From positions 1 through 61,464 of the forward strand of contig JBEKEY010000004.1 of assembly GCA_050013595.1 (NCBI GenBank): 61,464 nt of DNA, in the 5' to 3' direction. Source of the DNA: Thermoplasmata archaeon (lineage in GTDB: Archaea > Thermoplasmatota > Thermoplasmata > Lutacidiplasmatales > UBA184). Below the pieces are notes generated by a model that was not told the DNA's origin, did not search any database, and saw only the letters and a program-made list of their open reading frames with translations. A program made the position numbers and the translations under genes. This document shows, piece after piece, positions 9,198 to 18,561 of the stretch (positions are counted from its first letter, which is position 1; each line of letters starts with the position of its first letter).

Positions 9198-9953
9198 TTA
9201 CACCTTCTTCGCGGCCGCGGGCTTCGTCGCGGCGGGGGCGGCGGCCGCTGCCGGGGCGGCTGCGGCCGCCGGGGCGGCCTCTTCCTTGCCCGAGGCGGCG
9301 GCCGCTTCCTTCGCGGCCTTCTTGATGACGCCGGCCGCCATGCCCGTCCGACCGTTGGACCGGGTCCGCTGCCCGCGGACCTTCTGGCCCCGCTCGTGGC
9401 GGACGCCGCGGTAGCTCCGGATCATCTTCATCACGTTGATGTCGTCCCGTCGGCGGGTCTCGAGGTCGGGGCCGAAGAAGTAGGGGGATTCTCCGAGGAG
9501 CGGCTCGTTGGTGTGGTTGACCATCCACGGGGGAAGCTTCGTGGCGAGCGACCCGAGCGCGGTCTCGAGCCCGTCGACCGTCGTCTCGGGGAGGTTGCCG
9601 ATCATCTCGCTCGCGTTCACCTCGGCCATGCGGCAGGCGACCTCGGCGATCCGAAGGCCCACCCCTCGAACGCCGGTGAGCGCGAGCGCGGTCGGTCGAG
9701 TGCCGTCGAGGTCGGTGTTGGCGAGACGGACGATGTAGCGGAAGTTCGGATTGTCCGGAATGATCTTAGTGGTCTTCCCCGGGGCGCCGGGCTTCGACTT
9801 GCCCTTCGATTCCTTGGCATCCTTCGGCTCCTTTCCCTTGCCGGGCTTTTCCTTGCGGCCCGCCTTCTCTGGAACGGGCGTAGGCCCGGCGTCCGCGGCG
9901 GGCGCGGCTGATGGAGCCGAGGCTTCCTTCGTTTCCTTAGGCGCGATCGTCAC
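9198..9953 (-). CDS. rps13: 30S ribosomal protein S13 (uS13) with low-complexity N- and C-terminal extensions
   Basis: FRYIVRLANTDLDG, SYRGVRHERGQKVRGQRTRSNGR; start uncertain (GTG 9953). Confidence 0.95.
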   Translation of the reverse strand: MTIAPKETKEASAPSAAPAADAGPTPVPEKAGRKEKPGKGKEPKDAKESKGKSKPGAPGKTTKIIPDNPNFRYIVRLANTDLDGTRPTALALTGVRGVGLRIAEVACRMAEVNASEMIGNLPETTVDGLETALGSLATKLPPWMVNHTNEPLLGESPYFFGPDLETRRRDDINVMKMIRSYRGVRHERGQKVRGQRTRSNGRTGMAAGVIKKAAKEAAAASGKEEAAPAAAAAPAAAAAPAATKPAAAKKV

Positions 9954-10108
9954 TCCCCTGTGGTGGAGCCTCACCGGAAGGGAGCGAACGGTCCGGCGGG
10001 TGCCGGGTTCGACCCCCTCCATCGAGGGCGCGGCCGCCGAGAAACCCCCGCCTCTTAACGGCTTCGGCCGCCGAAACTACCGCGAAGGACGCTCCGTCTC
10101 CCCGGACG

Positions 10109-10750
10109 TCAGTGGGCAAGCCCGGTGCCCGCGCGTCGGGCTTCGAGCACGCGGTAGCCCGACCCCCGACCGAGGACCGTCACCGGCCCGGGCCAGTGGG
10201 CCTTGAGCCATTCCTGGTAGAAGCGGATCCCTTGGCTTCCCTTCCCGACAAGGATGAGCCGGCCCTCCGGGACGAGGAAGCCCGGTGCTTTCGAGAGAAG
10301 TTGCAGGATGAGCGGCCGCCCCGCGTGGAACGGAGGATTGGTCGCGATCACGTCGAACACCTCGCCGGGCACGGGTTCGAACAACGAGCCGACACGCACC
10401 TCCGCGTTCGTCACGCGGTTCCGCTCGAGATTCTCGCGAGCGAGGCGGGCGGCCCGACGGTTCACGTCCGTGAGCACGACCCGACCGTCGGGCGCCGACT
10501 TTCCGGCGGCCACCCCGATCGCACCCCAGCCGCAACCGAGGTCGAGAACACGGTCCGTCGGGAGGAGGGTGAGGTTCTCGATGAGGAGCGCGGTCCCCGG
10601 GTCGACCCCGTGCGACGCAAAGATCCCGGTGTCGACGGCGAAGGTGAGCAGCTCTCCACGGTAGAGGAAGCGGCGTTCGACCCGGGCCGAGCGGGCCCGG
10701 GGCTCCGCGACGAAGTACTGTTCCGCGGCGGGCGACTCGTCCTCCCGCAT
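10109..10750 (-). CDS. Class I SAM-dependent methyltransferase (RsmC/MTS-like)
   Basis: GVDPGTALL, VLDLGCGWG, IATNPPFH. Confidence 0.88.
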   Translation of the reverse strand: MREDESPAAEQYFVAEPRARSARVERRFLYRGELLTFAVDTGIFASHGVDPGTALLIENLTLLPTDRVLDLGCGWGAIGVAAGKSAPDGRVVLTDVNRRAARLARENLERNRVTNAEVRVGSLFEPVPGEVFDVIATNPPFHAGRPLILQLLSKAPGFLVPEGRLILVGKGSQGIRFYQEWLKAHWPGPVTVLGRGSGYRVLEARRAGTGLAH

Positions 10751-10752
10751 CG

Positions 10753-11901
10753 TCAGGTGGACCGGCGACGGAAGATCGATTCCTTCTTCGCACCCGTGGG
10801 CGCACCGGCCCCGAGCGCCTCGCGGGCGAGGTCCTTCTCTCGCCCGGAGAGCGAGCGCGGGATCTCCACATGCACCGTCACGATCTGGTCACCGCGCGAC
10901 GAGCCACGGAACCGGGGGAACCCTTTGCCGCGGAGTCGGAACTGAGTCTCGGGCTGGGTCCCCGCCGGGATCCTGAGGGCCGCACGGCCTTCGACCGTCG
11001 CGACCTCGACCTCGCCGCCCAAAAGCGCGACCGAGAGCGGGACCTGGGTTTCCGAAAAAACGTCGGTGCCGTCGCGTCGGAAACCCGCCGTCGGCTCGAA
11101 GACCACCTGAACGAACAGGTCGCCCGGCCCCCCGCCGCCAAGGCCGGCCGTGCCGTGGCCGGGCACCCGGAGGACGGAACCATCGTCCACTCCGGGCGGG
11201 ACCGTGAGCTCGATCCGTTCGACCGAGGTCGTCACGCCCCTCCCGCCGCACGTCGGACACTTCTCGAGGATCCGACGGCCGCTCCCGTGGCAGCGAGGGC
11301 ACTCGGCGATCGAGATGAGTTGCGTGTAACCACGGCTCTGCACCCTTCGAACCTGCCCCTGTCCGTGACATTCAGGGCATGTCTCGAGCGCGGTCCCGTC
11401 TCGAGCCCCGGTGCCCTGGCAGCTCGAGCACGGACCCGTGTGCGGCACCTCGACCGTGGGTTGAGCCCCTTCCACGGCCGCGATCAGGGGGAGCCGCACG
11501 GCGATCTCGACATCGTTTCCCCGGTATCCACCCCGACGGCGGCTGCCGCCACCGAACTGGGTACCGAACCCGGTGAAGAGCTGCTGGAAGAGGGGATTCG
11601 AGCCCAGGAGGTCTTCGAGGTCGCCCATATGGGTGAAGTTCTGCCAATTGAACCCGCCAGGGCCGAAGTCGGTCTCGACCCCCGTGAAGCCGAGCTGGTC
11701 GTACTTCTGCCGCTTGTCCGGGTCCGCGAGGACCTCGTAGGCTTCCGAGAACTCCTTGAACTTCTCCTCGGCGGCCTTCGGGTCGTCCTTGGCCACATCG
11801 GGGTGGTACTGGCGCGCGAGCCGTCGGTACGCGGCCTTGATATCGTCCGGGCTCGCCGTCTTCGGGACGCCGAGAACCTCGTAATAATCCCGCTTGGCCA
11901 T
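10753..11901 (-). CDS. dnaJ: Chaperone DnaJ (class A)
   Basis: J domain with HPD, G/F-rich region, four CxxCxGxG repeats, C-terminal domain. Confidence 0.97.
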   Translation of the reverse strand: MAKRDYYEVLGVPKTASPDDIKAAYRRLARQYHPDVAKDDPKAAEEKFKEFSEAYEVLADPDKRQKYDQLGFTGVETDFGPGGFNWQNFTHMGDLEDLLGSNPLFQQLFTGFGTQFGGGSRRRGGYRGNDVEIAVRLPLIAAVEGAQPTVEVPHTGPCSSCQGTGARDGTALETCPECHGQGQVRRVQSRGYTQLISIAECPRCHGSGRRILEKCPTCGGRGVTTSVERIELTVPPGVDDGSVLRVPGHGTAGLGGGGPGDLFVQVVFEPTAGFRRDGTDVFSETQVPLSVALLGGEVEVATVEGRAALRIPAGTQPETQFRLRGKGFPRFRGSSRGDQIVTVHVEIPRSLSGREKDLAREALGAGAPTGAKKESIFRRRST

Positions 11902-11925
11902 GAGATGTTCGCCCGGGAGTAGGCG

Positions 11926-12795
11926 CTACCGCGGTTTCCTAGGTCGCACGCTATTAGCCTTTTCACCCCGCGCCACCGGTGGCGGACGCCAGCCAAGCTC
12001 GACCGTCGCGCCGACCGTCGCGCCAAGTCGACGTGTGGCCCGACCCTCCCCGACCGCGATTTCCACAAGACCGAAGCTCGACCCGAGGACTCCCAAGGCC
12101 CCGGTGCCCAGGGACTCGTAACTGGTCACCCAGGGGACCGAGCGGAGCCGGGCCCGTACCAACGTGAGTGCCAGTCGTTCGACCTTAGTACCGACCCACC
12201 GAGACGGGACGTTGGTGATGAGGTTCCCGAATCGATCCACATGGAGCACCCGGCCACGGGCCCCACCGCTCGTTCGGGCGGGCTTGGGAAGTACGTACGG
12301 GAGGGGTGTCACCGACGGGCCGAGCGAGGACGCCCGGCCGCCTCTCGCGAGAAGAGCTGCGGCCGGCGCGAAGAGGTCACGGCCGTCGAACGTCGTTCCC
12401 ACCGGGGGTCCCGCTCGAAGCTTCGCCCGGTCGATCCGATAGGCGTCGAGCACCCCAAGCTCTTCCGCGAGGGGCATGAGGAGGCCGTTGTCCGGGCCGA
12501 CGATCCACGGGCCTGTTCGGGTCTCGATCACGATCCCCCGCCGCCGACCGCCCACCCCGGGGTCGACCACCGCGACGTGGACGGACGAGCGAGGGAACGC
12601 TCTCGCCATCTCGCGAAGGAGGAACGCGCCCTCCCGGACGCCGTGCGCCGGGAGGTCGTGGGCCAGGTCGACGATCTGGCCCGGGGACACGCCCCCGCGG
12701 ATCAACGCCGCCTTCATCTGGGCGGCATACGCCGACCCGAGGTCGCTCGTGAGGGTGACCAGACAGCCACCGCGCGGACCGAGCCGACGCGCCAA
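11926..12795 (-). CDS. SAM hydroxide adenosyltransferase / chlorinase-fluorinase family protein (DUF62)
   Basis: TLTSDLG, VVDPGVG, VGPDNGLL, TFDGRDLFAP, VDRFGNLITN. Confidence 0.88.
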   Translation of the reverse strand: MARRLGPRGGCLVTLTSDLGSAYAAQMKAALIRGGVSPGQIVDLAHDLPAHGVREGAFLLREMARAFPRSSVHVAVVDPGVGGRRRGIVIETRTGPWIVGPDNGLLMPLAEELGVLDAYRIDRAKLRAGPPVGTTFDGRDLFAPAAALLARGGRASSLGPSVTPLPYVLPKPARTSGGARGRVLHVDRFGNLITNVPSRWVGTKVERLALTLVRARLRSVPWVTSYESLGTGALGVLGSSFGLVEIAVGEGRATRRLGATVGATVELGWRPPPVARGEKANSVRPRKPR

Positions 12796-12822
12796 CGGGC
12801 CCCGAGGGAGCGGGTTCGCCGC

Positions 12823-13155
12823 CTACGACTTCATGATCGCGACCAGGAAGATCCCGATGGCGACCAGGGCGCCGATGACGGCGGCCACGATCACGAGGAG
12901 CGACTGCAGGACGAGGGCGCTGAGTCCTCCCGAGTTCGACCCGAAGTCTCCGGCGTGATAGAGATAGGCGATCAGCACGCCCACGACCAGCCCGACGACG
13001 AGGAGCGCGACGCCGATGGTCCGGCTCTTCCCGCTTCCGAAGTACGCCGTGAAGATCCCGGCGAGAATCAGGAACAGAGCGAAGACAAGCAGCAACACGA
13101 CGACGAAGGCGTTCCACCTGGTAAAATCCACTGCTGACGCTACTAGATCGAACAT
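12823..13155 (-). CDS. Small conserved-looking membrane protein (3 TM)
   Basis: Three hydrophobic segments, GIFTAYFGSGKSR loop, co-oriented in the operon. Confidence 0.7.
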   Translation of the reverse strand: MFDLVASAVDFTRWNAFVVVLLLVFALFLILAGIFTAYFGSGKSRTIGVALLVVGLVVGVLIAYLYHAGDFGSNSGGLSALVLQSLLVIVAAVIGALVAIGIFLVAIMKS

Positions 13156-13165
13156 TTTTCCTCGC

Positions 13166-13399
13166 TCAGAATTTGATGCCCGTGAGAGTCTTCGTGTCGA
13201 TCACACCGGGAACGGAGCGGATCTTGTCGACCACGAGTTGTCCGAGAGCGTTGAAATCTTCGGCCTCGACCTTGGCGATGAGGTCATACTCCCCGAACAG
13301 GGGGTGCAGCTCGACGATCCCCTTCACGCGAAGGAGCTCGGTGTAGACCTCGTGCTCCTTGGCCGGTGCCGTGCTGATGAGGACGAAGCCAATCGCCAC
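13166..13399 (-). CDS. Lrp/AsnC ligand-binding (RAM) domain protein
   Basis: AIGFVLIS...LFGEYDLIAKVE...IRSVPGVIDTKTL; GTG start with upstream GGGAG. Confidence 0.88.
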   Translation of the reverse strand: MAIGFVLISTAPAKEHEVYTELLRVKGIVELHPLFGEYDLIAKVEAEDFNALGQLVVDKIRSVPGVIDTKTLTGIKF

Positions 13400-13553
13400 G
13401 CGGAGACTCCCTTGAAGGGCGGCAAGAAGATGTCCAGCTAATAAGCATGTCGAGGAAGGAGAGGGCGCGACTCCTCGAGGTAACCGCCCGGACCCCCCTC
13501 GCCACTCGAATGCGGGCGGCTTAAGTAAGCGCCGTTTAGCGCCGGCTTCGGAG

Positions 13554-14960
13554 ATGGCACTCTCGCTGCGGACCTGGCCGAGCCGATTCCTTGCCCGGCC
13601 GTGGCTTCTCGCGTTCGTTCCGATCAACGCCGCCACCTCCGGCTTCGGGGTCGTCCTTCCCCTCATCATCCTGATCACGCTCCACGGCTCGTGGGCGGAC
13701 GTCGCCCTCTCCGCGACCCTCTACAACAGCGCGGTCATCCTCAGCTCGGTGGGTTGGGGTCACCTCTCCGACAAGTACCCCGGTCGCCGCCTGTTCCTGG
13801 TCATCAACTTCGCCGGCTTCGGGCTCCTTTACGCCGTTCTCTCGACCGTCCACACGCTGCCCGAGCTCTACGCCATCTACGCCGTCATCGGGGCGATCGC
13901 TCCGGCGGGGGCGAGCGCGTCCAACCTCCTCATCCTCGAAAAGTTCAGCGAACGCGAGCGCCCGAACGCCTTCGCCTCTTTTCAGGAGATGAGCATGATC
14001 GGCTCGATCCTCGGGGTCCTGATCGGCTACTTCTGGACCCTGGCCTCCGACGCGCTTCTCGGTCTCTTGGTCGTGATGGCGGGGCTCGCGTTCGTCAGCA
14101 CCGTCGCGATCTGGTTCGGGATCCAGGAGGGCAGTGGAAAGCTCAAGGCCCTTCAGGTCGCCCATCTCGCCGAGGGCTTCCTTTCGCGGATCCGAGCGAT
14201 CACCGAGTTTCGGCTCTCGATGCCGTTCTTCCCCACCCGACCGTCCCTCGCTCCCCAGCCCTGGACGCGTTTTCGACGTTGGGCCCGCGCGGAACTCCAT
14301 CACGAGATCCCGCTCATCATGATCGCGTCGTTCCTGTTCAATCTCTCCGGGAACCTCTTCAACATCTCCTATACGCCGTACCTCTACTCGGCCGGCCTCG
14401 CGGCCTCGTCGATCTTCCTCGTGAACCTCTCGAACAACTTCACCCAGACGCTGATCTTCCCGTTCACGGGCGGGTTCTCCACGCGCACCGGACCGGACCG
14501 GCTCGTCCAACGCGCCACGTACCTTCGGGGTATCGGCTACCTCGCGACCGCGGGGTTCACCTTTGTCGCCTTTGCGGAGCCGGCAGCGTTCGAAGCGAAC
14601 ATCGTGATTTACGGACTGCTCGGAGGGGCGATCGCGGTCTACACGACCGCGAGCTCGCTCATGCTGTTCCGGGGCCTGGCGGGACGCGACGCGGGAAGCC
14701 TCATCGGGCTCAACACGGCGTTCGGAGGTGTCGCGGCCGTCGCGGGGGCGGGCCTCTCGGGAGTGCTCGCGGTCTTCGGGAGCTTCCGTCTCGTCTTCCT
14801 CGTATCGGGGGGCCTGCTTCTTGTCTCGCTGCCGCTGTGGACCGCTGCCTCGGTCGCCTACAACCGGCGCAAGTTCGGGCCCGCGCGCGAAGCGCCGCCA
14901 CCGGGAAGGTCCGGCGTTACGCCCTCGGCCGACGTCGGGGCCGCCGTGAAGGCACCCTGA
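13554..14960 (+). CDS. MFS transporter
   Basis: About 12 TM, motif A WGHLSDKYPGRR. Confidence 0.85.
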   Translation: MALSLRTWPSRFLARPWLLAFVPINAATSGFGVVLPLIILITLHGSWADVALSATLYNSAVILSSVGWGHLSDKYPGRRLFLVINFAGFGLLYAVLSTVHTLPELYAIYAVIGAIAPAGASASNLLILEKFSERERPNAFASFQEMSMIGSILGVLIGYFWTLASDALLGLLVVMAGLAFVSTVAIWFGIQEGSGKLKALQVAHLAEGFLSRIRAITEFRLSMPFFPTRPSLAPQPWTRFRRWARAELHHEIPLIMIASFLFNLSGNLFNISYTPYLYSAGLAASSIFLVNLSNNFTQTLIFPFTGGFSTRTGPDRLVQRATYLRGIGYLATAGFTFVAFAEPAAFEANIVIYGLLGGAIAVYTTASSLMLFRGLAGRDAGSLIGLNTAFGGVAAVAGAGLSGVLAVFGSFRLVFLVSGGLLLVSLPLWTAASVAYNRRKFGPAREAPPPGRSGVTPSADVGAAVKAP

Positions 14961-15378
14961 GCGGACCGCCAGACCGGGATGCACGGACGGCCGGTCGCTC
15001 GGCGTCGTGCATCCGAACGACCTTCATGAGCGGATAGCGCAGGTCCGGGCGGTGTTGGAGCCGTGCCTCGAGTTCCGTGGGGCCGTCGACGAGTTGAACG
15101 GTCACGTCCAGCATCTCCGCGATGAGGTAGCGGTACGCGAACCGTCCCTTGCCGAGCGGCCCCCCGCGCTTCGGATGGATGCAGACCGTCACCCGACGCA
15201 CGAACGGTTGGAGACCCACGGCCGCCTCGATCGCGCGTGCGAGGGAGGCCGCGGTCCGGTCCGAGACCGGTATGCCGAGGAACTGGTGGAAGACCCCTCC
15301 AAGCTTGATACCGGCTTCGAAGAGGAGCGACTCCCGACGTGAGAGCCGAGGGCTGCGTTCCCGTTGAGACGCCGTCAT
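14917..15378 (-). CDS. mptD: Archaeal dihydroneopterin aldolase (MptD/DUF372)
   Basis: FEAGIKLGGVFHQFLGIPVS...QPFV...YPLM; ATG overlaps the pssA stop. Confidence 0.82.
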   Translation of the reverse strand: MTASQRERSPRLSRRESLLFEAGIKLGGVFHQFLGIPVSDRTAASLARAIEAAVGLQPFVRRVTVCIHPKRGGPLGKGRFAYRYLIAEMLDVTVQLVDGPTELEARLQHRPDLRYPLMKVVRMHDAERPAVRASRSGGPLRVPSRRPRRRPRA

Positions 15379-16133
15379 GAATGGGGGAGGGCGACCGCGC
15401 GCTCCCGGGGTAAGGTGAACGGTCCGAGGAGATAGTAGCTCGCCACGCCGACGAGGAACGCGAGCGACGCGCCGTAGGTGACGTCGTAGAGCACCGTGCC
15501 GACCGCCAACTGGAACTGGAGCGGAACGAGGGCGAGCGCGGCAAATACCGCGGTCGCGACCATCGGAATCCGGAGCGGGTTCTCGCGCCGGATCTTGGGA
15601 TAGCGGACGGGGACGACCATCATGACGGAGAGCACGGCCACACCGACGAGCAGACCGATCGGCTGCACGCTCTGGAACGCCGGAGTGTCGTGGAAGAGCA
15701 GCGCGACGACGAGGGCGAGCGCGCTCTGCGGGGTCGGGACCCCGAGAAAGTACGGGCGGTCGAACGCGCGGGTAGTGAAGTAGACGAGCCGCGCGACGGC
15801 CGCCGCGAGGTAGGCGACCGCGAGCGCGAGCGCGACCGGTTCCCACGGCTGCCAGATTCCCAGGTTGGCGGTGTGTACCGCGATCAGGAACGCCGGGGCC
15901 ACCCCGAAGGAGACGGCGTCCGCGACCGAGTCGGCCACGCGGCCGAACGTGCTCGGCGGCGCGGAGCTGCGCCGGGAGAGGATCCCGTCGAGGCCGTCAA
16001 AGCCGATGGCGCACACGACGAGGAGCATCGCCCAGAGCTTGTTGCCGGCGAGCACGTAGAGGATCGCGCCCACGCCGAGGGTCGCGTTCGACAGGGTCGC
16101 GAGGTTGGCGAAGACCCGCCAGCGGTCGGTCAC
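15375..16133 (-). CDS. pssA: CDP-alcohol phosphatidyltransferase, probable archaetidylserine synthase
   Basis: DGLDGILSRR...FGRVADSVADAVSFGVAPA motif, FLGVPTP; adjacent to the decarboxylase. Confidence 0.85.
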   Translation of the reverse strand: MTDRWRVFANLATLSNATLGVGAILYVLAGNKLWAMLLVVCAIGFDGLDGILSRRSSAPPSTFGRVADSVADAVSFGVAPAFLIAVHTANLGIWQPWEPVALALAVAYLAAAVARLVYFTTRAFDRPYFLGVPTPQSALALVVALLFHDTPAFQSVQPIGLLVGVAVLSVMMVVPVRYPKIRRENPLRIPMVATAVFAALALVPLQFQLAVGTVLYDVTYGASLAFLVGVASYYLLGPFTLPRERAVALPHS

Positions 16134-16756
16134 GGGGTCTCCCGCGCGATCGAGCTCGTCCCGGCCCGGACGCGGTCCCCGACCTTCACGACCGGGCTCA
16201 CCCGGTCGGCGGGGAGCAGTACGTCGACCCGCGACCCGAGCACGATCATTCCGAGACGGTCTCCCTTCCTACGAGCGGAACCGACCGGGACGAACGAGAC
16301 CAAGCGTCGGGCGACCACCCCGGTGATCTGGGTGACCACGACCGGGCCGAGAGCACTCGTGAGCCGATAGCGTCGGAAGACGTTGCGGTCGGCGTCGGGG
16401 CGGTACGCGGGCCGAAACCCGCTGCCCCCGCTCTCGATCGCGATGACCTGGCCCTCCACGGGGAATCGGTTCACGTGGACGTTCGTGACGTTCATGAAGA
16501 CCGAGATACGCCAGAGCTCCCCCTCGCGCTCGACGGCACGAACCCGTCCGTCCGCGGCGGAGACGATGCCCGAGCCGGGAGCACGTTCGGGGTCCCGGAA
16601 GAAGACGGCGAAGAAGAGCCAGACGACGACGCCGGCCACGAGCAGGGTGGCCCAAGCGAGCGAGAACGGAATGCGCCCGAGGACCGGGAGCAGGGCCAGG
16701 AAGATCAGGAGTCCCCCACCGGCCCCCAAGTAGCGGCCCGCGCCCGGCGCGAACAC
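16130..16756 (-). CDS. psd: Phosphatidylserine/archaetidylserine decarboxylase proenzyme
   Basis: FFRDPER, SAADGRV, FMNVTNVHVNRFP, LGSRVD self-cleavage motif. Confidence 0.9.
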   Translation of the reverse strand: MFAPGAGRYLGAGGGLLIFLALLPVLGRIPFSLAWATLLVAGVVVWLFFAVFFRDPERAPGSGIVSAADGRVRAVEREGELWRISVFMNVTNVHVNRFPVEGQVIAIESGGSGFRPAYRPDADRNVFRRYRLTSALGPVVVTQITGVVARRLVSFVPVGSARRKGDRLGMIVLGSRVDVLLPADRVSPVVKVGDRVRAGTSSIARETP

Positions 16757-16760
16757 GCGT

Positions 16761-17072
16761 CTAGCCGGTGAGAACGATCTCGATGTTGACGCCGTCGGGC
16801 ACCTGGATCCGCATCACCTGGCGGAGCGCCCGTTCGTCAGCGTCGATGTCGATCAGGCGCTTGTGGATCCGCATCTCCCAGTGGTCGATGGTGCTCGTCC
16901 CGCCGCCGTCCGGCCCCTTGCGGACGGGGACCTTGAGCTTCTTCGTGGGGAGCGGGATGGGCCCGGCGATCGCGACCCCCGTCTTCTGGGAGATCTCGCG
17001 GATCTGCTTGCAGATCGAGTCGACCTTGCGGGCGTCGGTGCCGCTCAGCGAGATACGGGCCTTTTGCGGCAT
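16761..17072 (-). CDS. rpsJ: 30S ribosomal protein S10 (uS10)
   Basis: [20 protein letters not shown]. Confidence 0.98.
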   Translation of the reverse strand: MPQKARISLSGTDARKVDSICKQIREISQKTGVAIAGPIPLPTKKLKVPVRKGPDGGGTSTIDHWEMRIHKRLIDIDADERALRQVMRIQVPDGVNIEIVLTG

Positions 17073-17115
17073 CGATAGTCCCTCCTTCTTGGTCGCCCGT
17101 CCGCCCCCGGGAGGC

Positions 17116-18393
17116 TTACTCGCGCTTCTTGACGTCGACGACGACGCCCGCCGCGACGGTCTGACCCATGTCCCGGACCGCGAAGCGGCCGAGCTGGGGG
17201 AACTCTTTGTACTTCTCGATGACGAGCGGGCGCTTTGGAGTGATCTTCACGACCGCTGCATCGCCGGTCTTGAGCGTCTGGGGGTTCTCCTCCGCGACCT
17301 GCCCGGTCTTCGGGTCAAGGCGCTTCAGGAGCTCCGTGAACTCGCAGGCGACCTGGGCGGTGTGGCAGTGGAAGACCGGCGCGTAGCCGACCGTGATAAC
17401 GCTCGGGTGGTTGAGCACCTGGATGTTTGCGGTGAAGCTCTCGACAACGGTGGGCGGGTTCGAGACGGGGCCGGCAACCTCGCCGCGGTGGATATCGTTC
17501 TTGTCGATACCGCGGACGTTGAAGCCGATGTTGTCGCCCGGGACTGCCTCGGTGACGGCCTCGTGGTGCATCTCGATCGACTTTACTTCGCCGGACTTTC
17601 CGCCCGGCATGAAGATGATCTTGTCGCCGACCTTGACCGTTCCGGTTTCGACGCGTCCGACGGGGACGGTGCCGATGCCGGTGATCGTGTAGACGTCCTG
17701 GATCGGGAGCCGGAGCGGCTTGCCCGTGGGCTTCTCGGGGACCTTGAGGTTGTCGAGCGCCTGGAGGATCGTCGGCCCCTTGAACCAGGGCATGTTCGGG
17801 CTCGCCTTGTTGATGTTGTCGTCCTTGAACGCCGAGATGGGAAGGAAGGTGACCTGTTCCGCGATCTTGAATCCGACGTTCTTGAGGAGCTTCGTGAGCT
17901 CCTCCTTGACTTCCTCGTACTTCTTCTCGGAGTAGGCGACTTCCTGGCGGTCCATCTTGTTGATCGCGCAGATGAGCTGGTTGACGCCGAGCGTACGGGC
18001 GAGGAAGATGTGCTCCCGGGTCTGTTCCTGGACCCCTTCGGCGGCAGAGCAGACGAGCACGGCCGCATCGGCCTGGCTCGTTCCCGTGATCATGTTCTTC
18101 ACGAAGTCACGGTGACCGGGCGCGTCGATGATGGTGAAGTAGTACTTCTGGGTGTCAAAGCGGCGGTGCGCGATGTCGATCGTGACGCCGCGTTCGCGCT
18201 CCTCCTTGAGGTCGTCCATGACCCAGGCGAACTCGAACGTCGCCTTGCCCTTCGCCTCGGCCTCCGCACGGAACTTGTCGATCTCTTCCTGGCGAATGTA
18301 GCCGGTATCGAGGAGGAGGCGGCCGACGGTCGTGGACTTCCCGTGGTCAACGTGTCCAATGAAGACGATGTTAAGGTGGGGCTTCTGCGCCAT
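17116..18393 (-). CDS. tuf: Translation elongation factor EF-1alpha
   Basis: [37 protein letters not shown]. Confidence 0.99.
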   Translation of the reverse strand: MAQKPHLNIVFIGHVDHGKSTTVGRLLLDTGYIRQEEIDKFRAEAEAKGKATFEFAWVMDDLKEERERGVTIDIAHRRFDTQKYYFTIIDAPGHRDFVKNMITGTSQADAAVLVCSAAEGVQEQTREHIFLARTLGVNQLICAINKMDRQEVAYSEKKYEEVKEELTKLLKNVGFKIAEQVTFLPISAFKDDNINKASPNMPWFKGPTILQALDNLKVPEKPTGKPLRLPIQDVYTITGIGTVPVGRVETGTVKVGDKIIFMPGGKSGEVKSIEMHHEAVTEAVPGDNIGFNVRGIDKNDIHRGEVAGPVSNPPTVVESFTANIQVLNHPSVITVGYAPVFHCHTAQVACEFTELLKRLDPKTGQVAEENPQTLKTGDAAVVKITPKRPLVIEKYKEFPQLGRFAVRDMGQTVAAGVVVDVKKRE

Positions 18394-18521
18394 TTTTTGA
18401 GGGCTCCGCGCGCGCCCAGTTGGTCCCCCTATATAGGCATTGTCTCCGCGCGCCTCCGAGAGAGTCCGCGGTTCGGGTTTCTGTGACGAATGAGCATCGA
18501 GGAAGCCACTCCCTTCGGCTA

Positions 18522-18553
18522 GCCCGGGCGACGGGTCGTTCGGTCGCCCGGGC
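18522..18553. terminator. Perfect 11-bp GC hairpin just past the VOC gene stop
   Basis: GCCCGGGCGAC(18522-18532) N10 GTCGCCCGGGC(18543-18553). Confidence 0.4.
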
Positions 18554-18561
18554 GTCGGGCG

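Noticed and set aside
9205-9310. GCGGCCGC-rich repeats as a possible CRISPR or repeat element
   Set aside because: They encode the Ala/Pro tail of uS13; no repeat-spacer periodicity and no cas genes.
9961-10024. tRNA-like GGTTCGA and terminal CCA upstream of rps13
   Set aside because: No consistent cloverleaf: the T stem does not give 5 pairs and no anticodon arm is evident. Kept only as a candidate leader.
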